Shown: positions 25,662 through 37,713 of the stretch, piece by piece | How positions within the stretch are numbered: the first letter of the stretch is position 1 | Layout of the letters: the number at the start of each line of letters is the position of its first letter | DNA from: Blepharisma stoltei ATCC 30299 | Taxonomy: Eukaryota > Protista > Ciliophora | Direction: 5' to 3' | NCBI GenBank assembly: GCA_965603825.1 | Contig: CBFDEM010000004.1 | Span: 806,001-870,000 of the forward strand | DNA length: 64,000 nt | The notes under the pieces: generated by a model | What the model saw: only the letters and a program-made list of their open reading frames with translations | Told to the model about the DNA's origin: nothing | Database searches by the model: none | Made by a program: the position numbers and the translations under genes

Positions 25662-28412
25662 ATGGTTCTGGCAGCGTTCTTTTATAATCTTGGCAAATTC
25701 AATGCCAAACACCCCATCCTGGTTATTTGTCTCTCGCTTCTTGCTACAATCATATTTTCTATTGGTTTTATATTTTTGGATGTCCAAACCAATCCACAGA
25801 AGCTCTGGGTTGACCCTGGCTCTAGATCAAACCACGAGCAAAATTATTTTGAGGACAAGTTCGGCAAGTTCTACCGTGTTGAGCAGGCGATTTTCAGCCA
25901 CAGGACAGATCCTGAGCATACTGATGTTTTTCAAAAAGAATTTCTAGCAGAATTGTGGGAAGTCCAATCAAGAATTGAGAACGCAGAAATTTTATATGAT
26001 AATTCTCTTCATACTGTGGATAGCTTTTGCTACAAGCCAGTTCATGGGAAAGGATGCTTTATTTCCTCTCCAATGGACTACTGGAAAATGAATATTACCC
26101 AGCTAGAAAGCGACAATGATATTAAGCTAACTGCGCAGTGTATCAATCAAATTGAAGGCCAACAAATATTATGCAGTGATAGAAACAATATCCCAATTAT
26201 CAGAAACTTAACGTTTGGTGGGATTTCTTGTGAAGATGGCACCCAAGGTACTTGCCAAGCTTGCAAAATCAAAGCAAAAGCATTGATCATTACATTTTTG
26301 CTTAATAATAATGACGAAACCAAAGATATGGGCGTTGAGAACTGGGAAAAGCATGTCTTCGAAAAATACATGAAAGACTTTAACGATGACAATACAAAGC
26401 AGCTTAAAGTCGCATATTACTCAGAAAGATCAGTCCCAGACGAGCTTGACAAAGAAGACTCTCAAAACTTTATTTATGTCGTGATTTCTTATCTCTGTAT
26501 GTTTTTATACGTCTCAATGGCCATTGGGACTTTCCCATCAAGGCTGCATACTAGGTTTATGGTTGGTCTTTCAGGTGTTATTTGTGTAATTTGCAGTGTT
26601 TGTATATCAATCGGTATTACTTCTTATGCTGGAATTCCACTGTCAATGATCAGTATTGAAGTCGTGCCTTTCTTGATTTTGGCTATTGGGGTTGATAACA
26701 TGTTTATCATTTCTATGGGAGAAAGCAAAGAAAGAGATATCTTGAAGAAAAAAGGGATCAAAGATCATGCAGAAATTATGGGATGTGCACTAAGAGAAGT
26801 CGCCCCTACAATTACAGCTGCTGCGTTTTCAGAATGTGCTGCATTTATGGTTGGCGCCACAACCAACGTGCCAGCCCTGACTAACTTTTGTATCACAGCT
26901 GCAATTGCTGTTCTTGCTGACTACTTTTTACAGATAACAGCCTTTGTAGCAGTCATAGAGCTTGACTATAGAAGATGGACTGGCAGAAGAATTGACTGTT
27001 TCCCTTGTTTTGACCTCGAAAAATCAGTCAAAGAGCCACGAAGGCGACTGGTCAAAAAATTCGTCAAAAAGATCTACGCCCCAGTGATATTCCACCCAAT
27101 CACCCAAGTCTGCTTAGCAATTACCTTTGTTTCTTTATTTATTTTATCATTCGGCAGCTATGATGACATCAACTTAGGCCTAACCGAACAAGTCACCTGC
27201 ATCCACAAGTCTGATCTTTATAAATACTTTGACTCCTATGACGATTATTTACAGACTGGAGCTATTGCTTATCTAGTATTCAAAGACATTAATTATACAA
27301 ACCCCACAAATCAGCAGCTTCTCAGCCAAATGAGTGATGCACTCAGTCAAATGAGCAAAACAGTGCAGCCGCCAGTCTACTCTTGGGTAAAAGCCTTAAA
27401 CAGCTACATAAATGATGTAGAGCCTGAATGCAACAATTCTCAGGTCGCCAGTTTTGATTTTAATACACAAGTGAGGCTATTTTTGACAGTCAGTATTGAT
27501 AGCATTTGTTGTAAGAAATTTGGGGTCTGTGGAGAACAGTATGAGACTGATATTATTTTTGACGATGATGGAGAAATTAAGGCGAGTCGGTTTAGGTTCC
27601 AGCATACAGCACTAAAAGACCAATCTGATTATATTGATGCACTGAGAGATACGAGATATGCAGTTGATACTATTGGAGCCGGATTAGTACCAAATATGAA
27701 GACTAACCCTTCAATGAGCAATTATCAATTGAGATTGTCACAGGAGTGAATTGATACTACAGATTCGTATACTTCGGATGAGAGGCTGGCATTTAGCTAT
27801 TCGCTGTTTTATGTGTTTTATGATCAGTATAGGACTATTAGAGGAGTAGCGGTACAAAATCTCTTTTTAGCGTTTGCGGCGATTATTTTGGCTATTGAGC
27901 TTTTGACTAATATTTATGCAGCGCTCTTAGTAACATTGATGGTAGCAGGGACTTCTTGGGGCTTGATTGGATTTTTATACATTTGGAACGAGCTAGCTGG
28001 AGGCTATAAAACAGAAATTAACGCAGTCAGTGTCGTTAACCTTGTCATGTGCTGTGGTCTTGCAGTAGAATTTTCAATCCATATTATGACTTCCTTCTTG
28101 AAATTCACTGGGACAAGGAAAGAAAGAGCCAGAAAAGCCTTAGTGGATATGGGAAGTGTCGTTATGACAGGAATTGCTTCAACCAAGCTGATTGGAGTCA
28201 TTGTACTTGGGCTAGCACCTAGTCTTGTGTTTAACTTGTACTATTTTAGAATGTATTTTGGAATGTTTTGCCTTGGTTTCTTCCATGGGCTAGCTTTTCA
28301 ACCAGTTCTACTTATGTATATTGGTCCTCCTTCTACAAGTACAGAGGAGCCAAAGAAGATTAATGGGTATGACTCAAAGATCGATGGGACCTCGTTGAAA
28401 GAGCTAAGTTAA
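25662..28412 (+). CDS. NPC1: Niemann-Pick C1-like sterol transporter lacking the N-terminal domain (~916 aa)
   Basis: P.KLWV, FGKFYRVEQ, sterol-sensing domain EVVPFLILAIGVDNMF, YSLFYVFYDQY, NAVSVVNLVM..GLAVEF..H, LYYFRMY. Joined through TGA at 27747-27749. The start could alternatively be 25602. Confidence 0.93.
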
Positions 28413-28440
28413 TATTTTCTGAGAATTTTTTTTAATAATT

Positions 28441-29073
28441 TTATCTATTAAAGTTAGATTGATATTGAGGCTGGCTTGGCAAAGGTTGGTTTGGCAAAGG
28501 TTGGTTTGGCACAGGTTGATTTGGCAATGGCTGGAGTACTGGATAAAGCCCTTGCTGTGGGTTATTTTGAACTATTGGAACTCCAAATTGAGGGTATAGT
28601 GCTTGGGCTGGCACTTGATTTGGCGGCTGCTGATATTGGTTTTGGTAGTTTTGAAATGAGTTTTGGGGAGCCTGGCTATTTGGCTGCGCATAAGTGTATG
28701 GAAGCTGATTAATATTTTGAGGTGGGATATATGAAGCTTGATTCGAATTAGAAGGAGCCTGAGGCTGCCTAACACTTTCAACTAAATTTTCTCTCAGCTC
28801 AGAACGGACACGCCTTCTTTTCACAAATCTGACTCCGCAATAAGCACAGAAGCTGAACCCAAGAATAGCAACTACAATTCCTGTAATTATTCATACCCAA
28901 GTTTCATCACTGATATGATATAAGCAATCCCCATCATCTTGATCGTCATCATCGTCCCAGTGAAAGTTCACCTGTCTTCTAATTTTATTATTTTCCTCTT
29001 GACTTCCATATACACTTTGAGTTAGTATAGAAATTGTAAGGAAAACACATTGGTTCATAACAGTTCGTAACAT
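28441..29073 (-). CDS. Type I membrane protein with Pro/Gln-rich cytoplasmic tail (~210 aa)
   Basis: Signal-like N-terminus, acidic ectodomain, TM helix WV-W(TGA)-IITGIVVAILGFSFCAYC, KRRR stop-transfer and QPLPN repeats. Two track ORFs join in frame. Confidence 0.8.
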
Positions 29074-29365
29074 TTTTATAAGTATTTTATCCAGCAAAAT
29101 TATTAGATCAGTATATTATAGCAACAACATAAATTATAAAATGGGGATTCATATTTTTTGGAATCAATGATTATTTTCTCAGTTTTTTATATGGCTGATA
29201 AAGATAAAGAGCTATTAATTGCTGTTCTGAAGATTCACCCTCAGCCATTTCGCGTTAAATATCACATAGCGCATTCCTTTTATTCCACCATTAAGAATAT
29301 TTATTATTTTCAATTTCACATAAGAAATTTTAATGATTAAGGTAGGGATCGCAAAAACTAATAAG

Positions 29366-29743
29366 CTATAAGAGTTTGTTAAACTTCTCAGCCACAACTT
29401 GAGGGTTATCTTCAGAAAGCTTTCTAATTCCATGACTTCGATGATCAAATGTACATCCATGTGCCTCAGGAACCCTATGCTTAGCACAAAAAGGATAATT
29501 GCATTTGCATTTGAAAATCAGAGGCCCTACTCTTTTCTTACAAGTCCAGCATCGATCAGATTCATATAAAGGTTCAGGTGCCTCTATTTTATTTTCTTCA
29601 GGAAGTGCTTGGCTGCTTGAAATTAGTTCTGGTAAGGCCTTATCTGCTTCCTTTTTGAGGGTTTCTAGTTTAAAACACTTGGAGCACATTCCGTCTTGGC
29701 TGCCGAAAAACATTTTGCAGCACCTACACATTTGAGAATCCAT
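29366..29743 (-). CDS. A20/AN1 zinc-finger protein (ZFAND5/6, plant SAP-like)
   Basis: N-terminal C..C..FG....MCSKC; C-terminal CWTC...CKC...FCAKHR.PE.H.C.FD. Confidence 0.93.
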   Translation of the reverse strand: MDSQMCRCCKMFFGSQDGMCSKCFKLETLKKEADKALPELISSSQALPEENKIEAPEPLYESDRCWTCKKRVGPLIFKCKCNYPFCAKHRVPEAHGCTFDHRSHGIRKLSEDNPQVVAEKFNKLL

Positions 29744-30200
29744 ATCAATTTTTATCGCTTGTAAAACGGTTTACAATGAAAATTAAACAATTTAATGGTA
29801 ATGGGGAGGGAAATAGGATATAATGAAAGAAGAAAATAAAGCTAGGGGGGTTTTGGGGAAAGGACTTAAATTCATCAGTTAAAAAGATTTTAGTTGAGAT
29901 ACATAATTAGTGAATTATCATGATTTTTAAATATGGTTTTTCAGGATATTTGACTTATTATAATTTATGTCGTTGATTAGAATAAAATAAAGAAGAGATC
30001 TATTTAATTGACCAATAGATTTGTAATAATTCAAAAAAATATTAACATTGAGAAAGAGGTATTTTAAAATTAAATTTTGTGCATATTTTGGGTGAGTTTA
30101 TTTTAATTTCTCCTAAAAATTAAAATTTCAATAATTTAATTATCTATTTTAATCATCTAATCCTTACTTTATTAATATATAACTAATCAAAAAGTTATAA

Positions 30201-31484
30201 ATGTCTAGTAGCAAAGACAAGCCTCAACCAGAAAGAAATGAGTATGGCAGAAGAATTATCACCCTGCCTTATATAAAAAGACTTTGCATATACCAAGGCC
30301 TTTATGAAAATCCTCAGCTTAATGCCTATCTTTATCTCCACTTTTTAGGGATCTCTGAAATTCAAAACCTAGATGAGTATACAAATTTATATGCATTGTG
30401 GCTTGAAAATAATTTAATAGAAAAAATTGATGGCCTAAGCAACCTCAAAACACTGCGATGCCTTTATCTCCAAAACAACAACATCAATAAAATAGAGAAT
30501 TTGGATCAGCTGACTGAACTGAGGACTCTCAATCTGTCACATAATCGTATTGAAAAGATTGAAAATTTATCAGCCTTAACGTCTCTTTCTGACTTAGACT
30601 TATCTCACAATAGAATATCAAGCACAGAAAACCTTAAAGGTCTAACTCAAGTTCCTTCTTTAACATCAATAGATTTAAGCTTTAACAATATTTGTGACGT
30701 TGAAGAATTTTTCACTGTTTTTACCTCTCTGAGCAATCTCGGATGTTTATATTTAAAAAACAATAACTGTATCAGATATATACCAAATTACCGAAAAACT
30801 TTAATTGCAAGGATTCCGTCATTGAAACATCTCGATGAAAAGCCAGTATTTGAGGTTGAACGATTAGGCTCTGAAGCATGGTTTACAGATGGAAGAGAAG
30901 CTGAAATGCAAGTAAGAAAAAAATATTACGATAATCAAGACGCTGAAAGACTAAAACACTTCATGGATTATTCCCGACTTGAAATTGAAGGCATTCAAAA
31001 AAAAGAAGCATTAAGAAAAAAACTTGAAGAAGAAAGGAAAGTCCAACAGAGGTCATTAGAAGAATTAAAAAAACAAATTTTAGCTAACCAAGAAGAAGGC
31101 TTTGAACTAGTCTTAGAAGAATTAGAAAAAAAATCAAAAGAACTCTCTGAGCCTATTGATGAAAAATTATTACTGATTTATGGAATAAAAGAAGGAAAAT
31201 GCACCTATAAAACTGGAGAACTAGACAAGTACGGGCACATTATCATTGACGTACCAAACGACAAAGAAGTGCCAGAAAGCTATGAAGAAGAGACCATAAT
31301 GCTCCCACTTTCAGAGCTCCAAATCTCTGAGCTTGAATCAAAATTAATTGAAACCTGCTTCAATTTTGACGAAGCCTATGAATTTTTCAAGTCAAAATAT
31401 ATATGCTCCTCTGATGCCCTGAGACTGAAATGGAGCGATTATGAAATTTTTCTTCAATCTAACCCTCTTGATGAGCTTGATTAA
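30201..31484 (+). CDS. DNAAF1: Dynein axonemal assembly factor 1 (LRRC50/ODA7)-like LRR protein
   Basis: LY..P.LN..LYLH, IQNLDEYTNL.ALWLE, SDS22-type LRRs, LRRcap YRKTLI...L.HLDEKPVF..ER. Confidence 0.88.
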   Translation: MSSSKDKPQPERNEYGRRIITLPYIKRLCIYQGLYENPQLNAYLYLHFLGISEIQNLDEYTNLYALWLENNLIEKIDGLSNLKTLRCLYLQNNNINKIENLDQLTELRTLNLSHNRIEKIENLSALTSLSDLDLSHNRISSTENLKGLTQVPSLTSIDLSFNNICDVEEFFTVFTSLSNLGCLYLKNNNCIRYIPNYRKTLIARIPSLKHLDEKPVFEVERLGSEAWFTDGREAEMQVRKKYYDNQDAERLKHFMDYSRLEIEGIQKKEALRKKLEEERKVQQRSLEELKKQILANQEEGFELVLEELEKKSKELSEPIDEKLLLIYGIKEGKCTYKTGELDKYGHIIIDVPNDKEVPESYEEETIMLPLSELQISELESKLIETCFNFDEAYEFFKSKYICSSDALRLKWSDYEIFLQSNPLDELD

Positions 31485-31508
31485 TCATTATTTTACGTAA
31501 ATTTTTAA

Positions 31509-31913
31509 TTATTCTTTTTTCTGTTTTTTTAGCTTGACAAATTCTGTGAGAGAGGATATTGTTGAGCATATAGAAATCACTACTATTAAACAGCTGTTGA
31601 CTAAGCATGGAATTCCAATCATGATGCACACAAAGAGCCCGCTTTTGTCGAAATAGTTTTGCTTTACAAGAGATTGCCAGTTCTGATTAAGATATGTGTT
31701 AATGGTTTCCAAGATATAGCAGAGGCCTAAAAGAAAGACAAAAATAAACATAATGATTCTGCTATTTTTTCTGAATAGAATAATGAGTAAGAAAAAGAAT
31801 AGATGGGAAGCAAAAATTGCAAGGATAAAAGGCTCAGTGATATCTACAGCGTATAAAAAGGCTTCAACATTTTCGTAAAATCCTTCTGGCTTCTGAAATT
31901 CAACCTTAGGCAT
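31509..31913 (-). CDS. TMEM18: Transmembrane protein 18-like
   Basis: EPF, E.IN.Y...NW......QNYFD..GLF, basic C-terminus. Confidence 0.85.
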   Translation of the reverse strand: MPKVEFQKPEGFYENVEAFLYAVDITEPFILAIFASHLFFFLLIILFRKNSRIIMFIFVFLLGLCYILETINTYLNQNWQSLVKQNYFDKSGLFVCIMIGIPCLVNSCLIVVISICSTISSLTEFVKLKKQKKE

Positions 31914-31970
31914 TATGTTTTATAAATGAAAAATTATTATTTTCTCATATAGTTACCAGATTTACATTTA

Positions 31971-34900
31971 TTAATCACTTTCTACAATTGTTTGCTCAGC
32001 ATTTTCTTTAGAAATTGTACAATAAATCTTCGGGTTTACATACCCTTCACTTTCTCCTTTATATTTGCTTTTAATTGAATCCCACCCTCTTAAATGCCTC
32101 TCCACAATAGTTTGGTGCCTTTTAAACAAGTTCATATAATTCTCTGGGATATCCGGTATAATCACCCTCAACAAATACCTCACAACCATCAAAATCAGCG
32201 CCAGCAGGGCAAAAACCACAAAAATATTATCATTAATAAACGCCACATCTTCAAAAGTTCTCGACGTAAAGCATAAAATCGCTAAATTCGTAAAAATCGC
32301 AGCAATACAATTAAAATTGAAAATTGGCCATCAGGTTCCTATATCTTTTGCTCCCATTGGCTGAGGCCTTCTAACCAAATGCAAAAGCTTGTATTTGTCT
32401 ACTTGAATTTCAAACATTAAAATAACAAAAGCAAGGACACTTGATAATGGAAAAGATACCGCAAATAGTGTGATATAGCCAAATAAGACTGCTAATTCCA
32501 TATAATCTCCTAAGGTGCCGTCGACTTCTCTAGTAACATAAGGAGGCAGCTGCACTTGGGCATCAATATCTTCTCTTAAGACCTCATAATCAGTGACAGA
32601 GATTAAGGCTAATAGTCTTTTGCGATCAGCTTCTTTTTGCTTGAATTCTTTTTGTTTTAGCTTGAATTTTATAAAAGGAATACCGAGCTCTAAGATGTTT
32701 TTGAGAAATGCGACGACAAAAAGGCAAATTAGCTGGGTGTTTAGCTCATCCATACAGTTGGCGCCGATTTTTCGCTCTTTGTGGTTTCCTGTTTTTACAA
32801 TGCATCCTTCTCAGTTTGTTTTGAAAAAAGCTATATAGAATAAAGAGTTAAAGGAGTTTGCAAATTGGAATGCATAGGTTTTTATAACTAAAGAATTCTC
32901 ATACTCACTTTGAGTCCTATGATTTTCCAAATTATTAAGCTTAATTGCAATTTTCCCATATATCATATTGAAGCATTGAATTTGAAATGCGTTTAAAGTT
33001 GAGCAAACTGTCCCTGAATAATCCAGCCCAGATAATGTTAATTTATCTGTCAGCTCCCATCTGAGTATCATAATTGAAGCAACCATCCCAAGGACCACAC
33101 AAACCATAAAAGTTGTAACAACTGCAGCAAGCACAAAATACCTGATTCTCCTTTTTGGATCATAATAAACTTCTTCTAAGTCATCATTTACTGGTGATCT
33201 TCTCAAAGTTCCTCTAAACTGCGGTCTTGCTACTTCATCATCTTCATAATCTGTTTGCCCCCATTCTACAGATAACGCTGATTCTTTTCTCCTTCAAATT
33301 TCCAAAAATGTTGTTGCCCATCCAGAAACATATACACAAAAAATCGCATTAAACCATATCACTTTTGTATCACGTGAGTCAAAGGAATATTGCAAAATAA
33401 ATATTATTAATCCCACATATGAAGATCGCTTGAGAAATTCAGCTGCAAAAGCAATGAAACTGAAATATAACGCAATTTTCTCACCGAAGTAGTTGCGGAT
33501 TTTTCCTAGTGGGAGATTAGTGTCTCAGATTTTGTTGTTTCATTCGTGAATTAGGCCTTGGTAGGCGTCATTTTTGTCTTTTAAGAAATTTAAAGCGTCG
33601 TCTAGGTCAGTGTCTTGGTCAGTGTCGAGCTCGGAGTTGGGGAATTTTGACTTCCCAGAGAGCTCTCAGTGGTTTACAAGTGGAAAATGGCAGACTACTA
33701 GCTCTTTTTGTTGAAGGTAATGGAGTTTTACTTGGCGGGAGATGAGGGATTGTAGAAGCTTAAGCCTGTCAATGTTTTTGAAAATTGAACGCTTATTGTA
33801 CTGGTCGTTTCTGTGTAGTCTTCATAAAAACTTAAATAAATCTACTCCAGATTTAGAATCAATGTTCCTCACATAATCAGAATAAGCTCCAATTGGCTTA
33901 GAAATTTCTAATCTATCTCACAAGCTAAAAAGCATTTTTTTCTTTTTAACTTGTGCATCATTAGACTCTTGTATGCATTTTCTCACTAATTTCTGATAAT
34001 AAGTCATCCTTTGGATAGGCGTCAAATGCAGCTCAGACACATATTTTAGCCCCTCTTTAAGCTTGCTAAGATACAAAGAATAAGCCCTCCAGTTTTCAGG
34101 AGTCACCCCAACTGCAGGGAAAAAGCTATTTTCTGACTCATTTACCTTAAAACAATTCATAATTTCTGGGTAATTCTCATATAGCTCTTTAAGCTTCCCA
34201 GCAATTTCAGGGTCAGAGTTTACAAGTCTTAATGGTCTAAATGATTTATCACATGGCTCCATTGATGACAAATCAGAAACCCCAACTTCTAATTGTAAAT
34301 TATACTCAGTAGATTCCGCTTCTTGTTCTAAATCATTATCATCTGCACATACCAAAATATAAATATATTTGAAATTTGAGCTAATAACTTGCTTTAGATG
34401 TAGTCCTAAGTGAGAGCCAAGTTTTACTAATAAAACATTTCTAAATAGTGTTAACACATCTCTTGCAGGCCCTCCATTATCAGCAAATAAATTACCAGGG
34501 GTTCTTTGCAGCCTTCCTCCAAATTTTAATTTTTTCCCACCCCCTTTTTCAAAGTCATCTAAACTGTCAAAAGCTCCACTAAATGCTGCTTGTTCTGCAA
34601 ATTTATTGGTCCTTGTCAGCTGTGCATTTGAAGAGTATTCAGGATTGAAGCATTTTTGAAAAATTCTTAAAGCTTCTTCTTTAGTAACTGCTCTATTTCA
34701 AAATGAAGAATAATCTGGGTTAGGCAGAGCAATCACATATTCTCAGTTTGAGCCTGAAATAGTCCTTGTAGTTGTGGTAGTGTTTATATTGTTATTTTCA
34801 AACTCTCCTTGGAAATATTTTTTTAAAGCAACTGTTCTGGTTACCTGTACAGTGCTTTTAAATATAAGACTTGTGCTTAGCTTGCTTTGTTTTGGCTCAA

Positions 34901-35090
34901 TAGTTTTTTCTTCAGTCTTTTTAGCAAGTTTGGCTTTTTGCTGAAAAAACGGGTGATTTTCAAGTTTATGAAGCTTTTCTAATAGTTTGTTTCTTTCATT
35001 TAGCAGAACTTCATACGATTGCTGATCTATAACTTGCTGTCTTAATTGGCATCCTATTTGATTTTTAAGCTTAATAAGCTCAAATTCCAT
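31971..35090 (-). CDS. Anoctamin / TMEM16 family protein (~1039 aa)
   Basis: IRNYFGEKIALYF, LENHRTQSEYENSL, F.NSFNSLFYIAF, DYMEL...FGYITLF, EIQVDKYKL, RRP....AKDIG. Five track ORFs form one frame through about ten TGA. Confidence 0.93.
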
Positions 35091-35220
35091 GCAATTTATA
35101 TTAATTTTAAAATTCAATGATTTTTCATATCTTTATTCCTCATTTCTCAATGAATTTTCTTTTAGAAATTAGGCTATTTCTCTTCCAAGTATGGATTTAT
35201 TAAATTTTAACCATTTATAA

Positions 35221-35643
35221 ATGACTTCATTCAAAGAAGCACAAGCTAAAGGCCTTAGATGGCCTGAAGGACCTGATGATCTTTGTCCATCAAAGATAGA
35301 AAACACTTATCTCTATGGAGGTGGCCGTACAAGAAAGTTTAAAATCTTATTAGCAGAAATCTCAATAGCATGGGGAGCGTTCAATGTTGCTCTTGACAAG
35401 TATCTTCTCAAGAATAGACACAATGTGAAGAATAATTTCTTTTTAGAAAGAACAATGATTTGGTCCTCCAGATATTATCTCCCATGCATGCTTGTACTTT
35501 GGGGCTTTATCCCTATTAGTCAAGCTACCTATTGGTGGGTTCTTTGGGTTTCTGTAGGAGCTAAGCCAAATGTTTCTCGTGACCCAGTGCCTAAATGGAA
35601 ACCAGGTGAAAATCCATTTTATGATAAGGCTGAAGAAGATTAA
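35221..35643 (+). CDS. Hypothetical small membrane protein (140 aa)
   Basis: Intact ORF with a Trp-rich hydrophobic segment; all Trp encoded by TGG. Confidence 0.8.
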   Translation: MTSFKEAQAKGLRWPEGPDDLCPSKIENTYLYGGGRTRKFKILLAEISIAWGAFNVALDKYLLKNRHNVKNNFFLERTMIWSSRYYLPCMLVLWGFIPISQATYWWVLWVSVGAKPNVSRDPVPKWKPGENPFYDKAEED

Positions 35644-35793
35644 GCTTAATAGAAGCTAAAATAAGGGATTTAACTCTTAAATTTGACTTTAAAAGTTCTA
35701 GATTTAACCATTTCATAGATTGGGTTTTAAAAACAGCGCAAGATGAAGAAATTAAATAATTTTCTTCACCTCAACAAAAATTAATAAAAATAA

Positions 35794-37713
35794 ATGTCTA
35801 CTCAATTCCTAAACTGCATAATCTGCCAAGAAAAGGCCAAACTAATTTGTTTTTGCTCAAACATATCTCTCTGTGAAAAGTGTATCGGAAAGCATCTCTT
35901 AAATAATCCGTCAATTAATCACAAGCCTGTCCCCTTAAGTGATTCATACTTGTCATCAAAATACACTCAAAATCTTGAAGATTTAAACAAAACAGAAGAA
36001 AAAATCCTACAAGTGGCGGCCTGTCAACAAGAAGTTATCAATGCAATTCAATCTAAGCTTGCTAATGAAATTTTAGAATTAGAAGAATTTAAAAAACTTT
36101 CGCTAGAAGTAATTGCTGAATTTATAAAAGGAATACAAAGAGACGTTATAGATGCCTCAAAAATAATCAATAACTTTGTGACAGAGCAGTGCGATAATGC
36201 TCAAAAAGAGCTGCGAAATGCTTTAGTTTTACTAAAACTTTCACATGATGCAAATCATCCAATTTTAAGCCTACTTTTGCGATGTAAATCTGTAGAAGAA
36301 GTCAGAAATATTGAAATCGCTAAAAAAGACCTAACTTTTAAAGATTTAAAGATAAAAGAAACCATAAAAGACGGGATTTATTTTTGTTTTGATATTGTAA
36401 AAGACAATAATATTCCCGCAAATAAGTTTCCACAGCTGCACCCTGGTGTGAGCTCCAATAAATTAGAATCAATCCGACGAGTCAAAGTAGGAATCCCTGG
36501 GATGGGACATGGGAAATCTGCAGAAATGGAAAAAGAAGAAGTAGAAGAAATCATGACTCCTCATAGAATTGAAAGGACTTTTTCAGAAAATTCACCAGAA
36601 AGAACTCCAACGCCTATTGTTGAAGAAGTTTTTGCGAGGAAAACATTTAATGTTTTGCCTAGATGTAACGAAGATGTAAAAATAGAAAAACTTGATTTTT
36701 ATGATACTCCTTTAATGACAAGGCATATAAGGGATACGCCGATTTCACATAGCAGGACTTTGCCACCTGATAAAGGGATATTTCAAGAAGCACTATCTTT
36801 AGAAGTACCACCGAGGCTTATTAATGAATCTTTTAGGTCAGCTAAGAATATAGAATTAGGATTAATCAAAGGTAGACAATCAATAGAGCCAAGAACTCAG
36901 CAATTATCTCCACAAAAAAATCAGCGCCAGCGGCAATTTGATCCTCTGCCTCCGTCGCTTTATTGCTTTATTCCGGAATCCTCGAAATTAATAATATATA
37001 ATACTTCAACAAAGCACCCAGAATTAATAGATTTTGAATCTGAAGCATTTTATTCAAAAAGTGCTTGGGGTGTAAGCGAAGACGGAAAACTAATTTTAAC
37101 AGGCGGATATGATGGTAGCTCTCGAAAACAAACATTTATGTACAATCTCTATGAAAAATGTATCGAAAAAGCCCCAAACATGATACTTTCAAGATATAAT
37201 CATGCACAAGTTGCTCTTGGGCATTATATTTACGTTATCGGAGGCTTCAATACATCTCCTTTAAAAGAATGCGAAAAATTAAACCTTTTTACCAAAAAGT
37301 GGCAAAAAACCGGAAATTTAATAATCGCTAGAGACTGTCATGCTGCTTGTGTTCACAGCGGGAGGATTTTTGTTGCAGGAGGCACTGGAATAGATTCAAT
37401 AGAAGTATTTAATGCCGTAAGTGAAAAATTTTCATTAATCAGAGTAAGGCTCCCAGTTCCTGGCAGATGCTGTATGTTTCCTCACAATAAAAATATTTTA
37501 TTATTTCAAAGGAACAAAGCCATTTCTTTTAGCCCCACAACAATGTCGTGCACTGAAATCTCAGCCATCGAAGAAGCAGAATGGTGGACTCCTGGTGATC
37601 CTGTGATTACAAGCGATTTTGTTTATTTTATTACACATTTTAATGCTTTTAAATTTCAAGTTGAAACTGGAACAATTGGGCTCGAGTTTTCTTTTAATTT
37701 AGAATTTTACTAG
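35794..37713 (+). CDS. Kelch-repeat protein with N-terminal B-box-like zinc finger (639 aa)
   Basis: N-terminal CxxC..CxC..CxxC..H, coiled region, C-terminal kelch repeats (LTGG, YVIGG, FVAGG). Confidence 0.88.
   Translation: MSTQFLNCIICQEKAKLICFCSNISLCEKCIGKHLLNNPSINHKPVPLSDSYLSSKYTQNLEDLNKTEEKILQVAACQQEVINAIQSKLANEILELEEFKKLSLEVIAEFIKGIQRDVIDASKIINNFVTEQCDNAQKELRNALVLLKLSHDANHPILSLLLRCKSVEEVRNIEIAKKDLTFKDLKIKETIKDGIYFCFDIVKDNNIPANKFPQLHPGVSSNKLESIRRVKVGIPGMGHGKSAEMEKEEVEEIMTPHRIERTFSENSPERTPTPIVEEVFARKTFNVLPRCNEDVKIEKLDFYDTPLMTRHIRDTPISHSRTLPPDKGIFQEALSLEVPPRLINESFRSAKNIELGLIKGRQSIEPRTQQLSPQKNQRQRQFDPLPPSLYCFIPESSKLIIYNTSTKHPELIDFESEAFYSKSAWGVSEDGKLILTGGYDGSSRKQTFMYNLYEKCIEKAPNMILSRYNHAQVALGHYIYVIGGFNTSPLKECEKLNLFTKKWQKTGNLIIARDCHAACVHSGRIFVAGGTGIDSIEVFNAVSEKFSLIRVRLPVPGRCCMFPHNKNILLFQRNKAISFSPTTMSCTEISAIEEAEWWTPGDPVITSDFVYFITHFNAFKFQVETGTIGLEFSFNLEFY

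Noticed and set aside
33831-33845. Possible 15-nt intron GTAGATTTATTTAAG in the anoctamin (minus strand)
   Set aside because: It lacks A10 and the TAG end, and the frame is open without splicing.
15907-35090. Functional lipid/membrane gene cluster (OSBP, OSCA, NPC1, TMEM16)
   Set aside because: The genes are interspersed with unrelated ones on mixed strands and these families are large in ciliates; there is no evidence of co-regulation.
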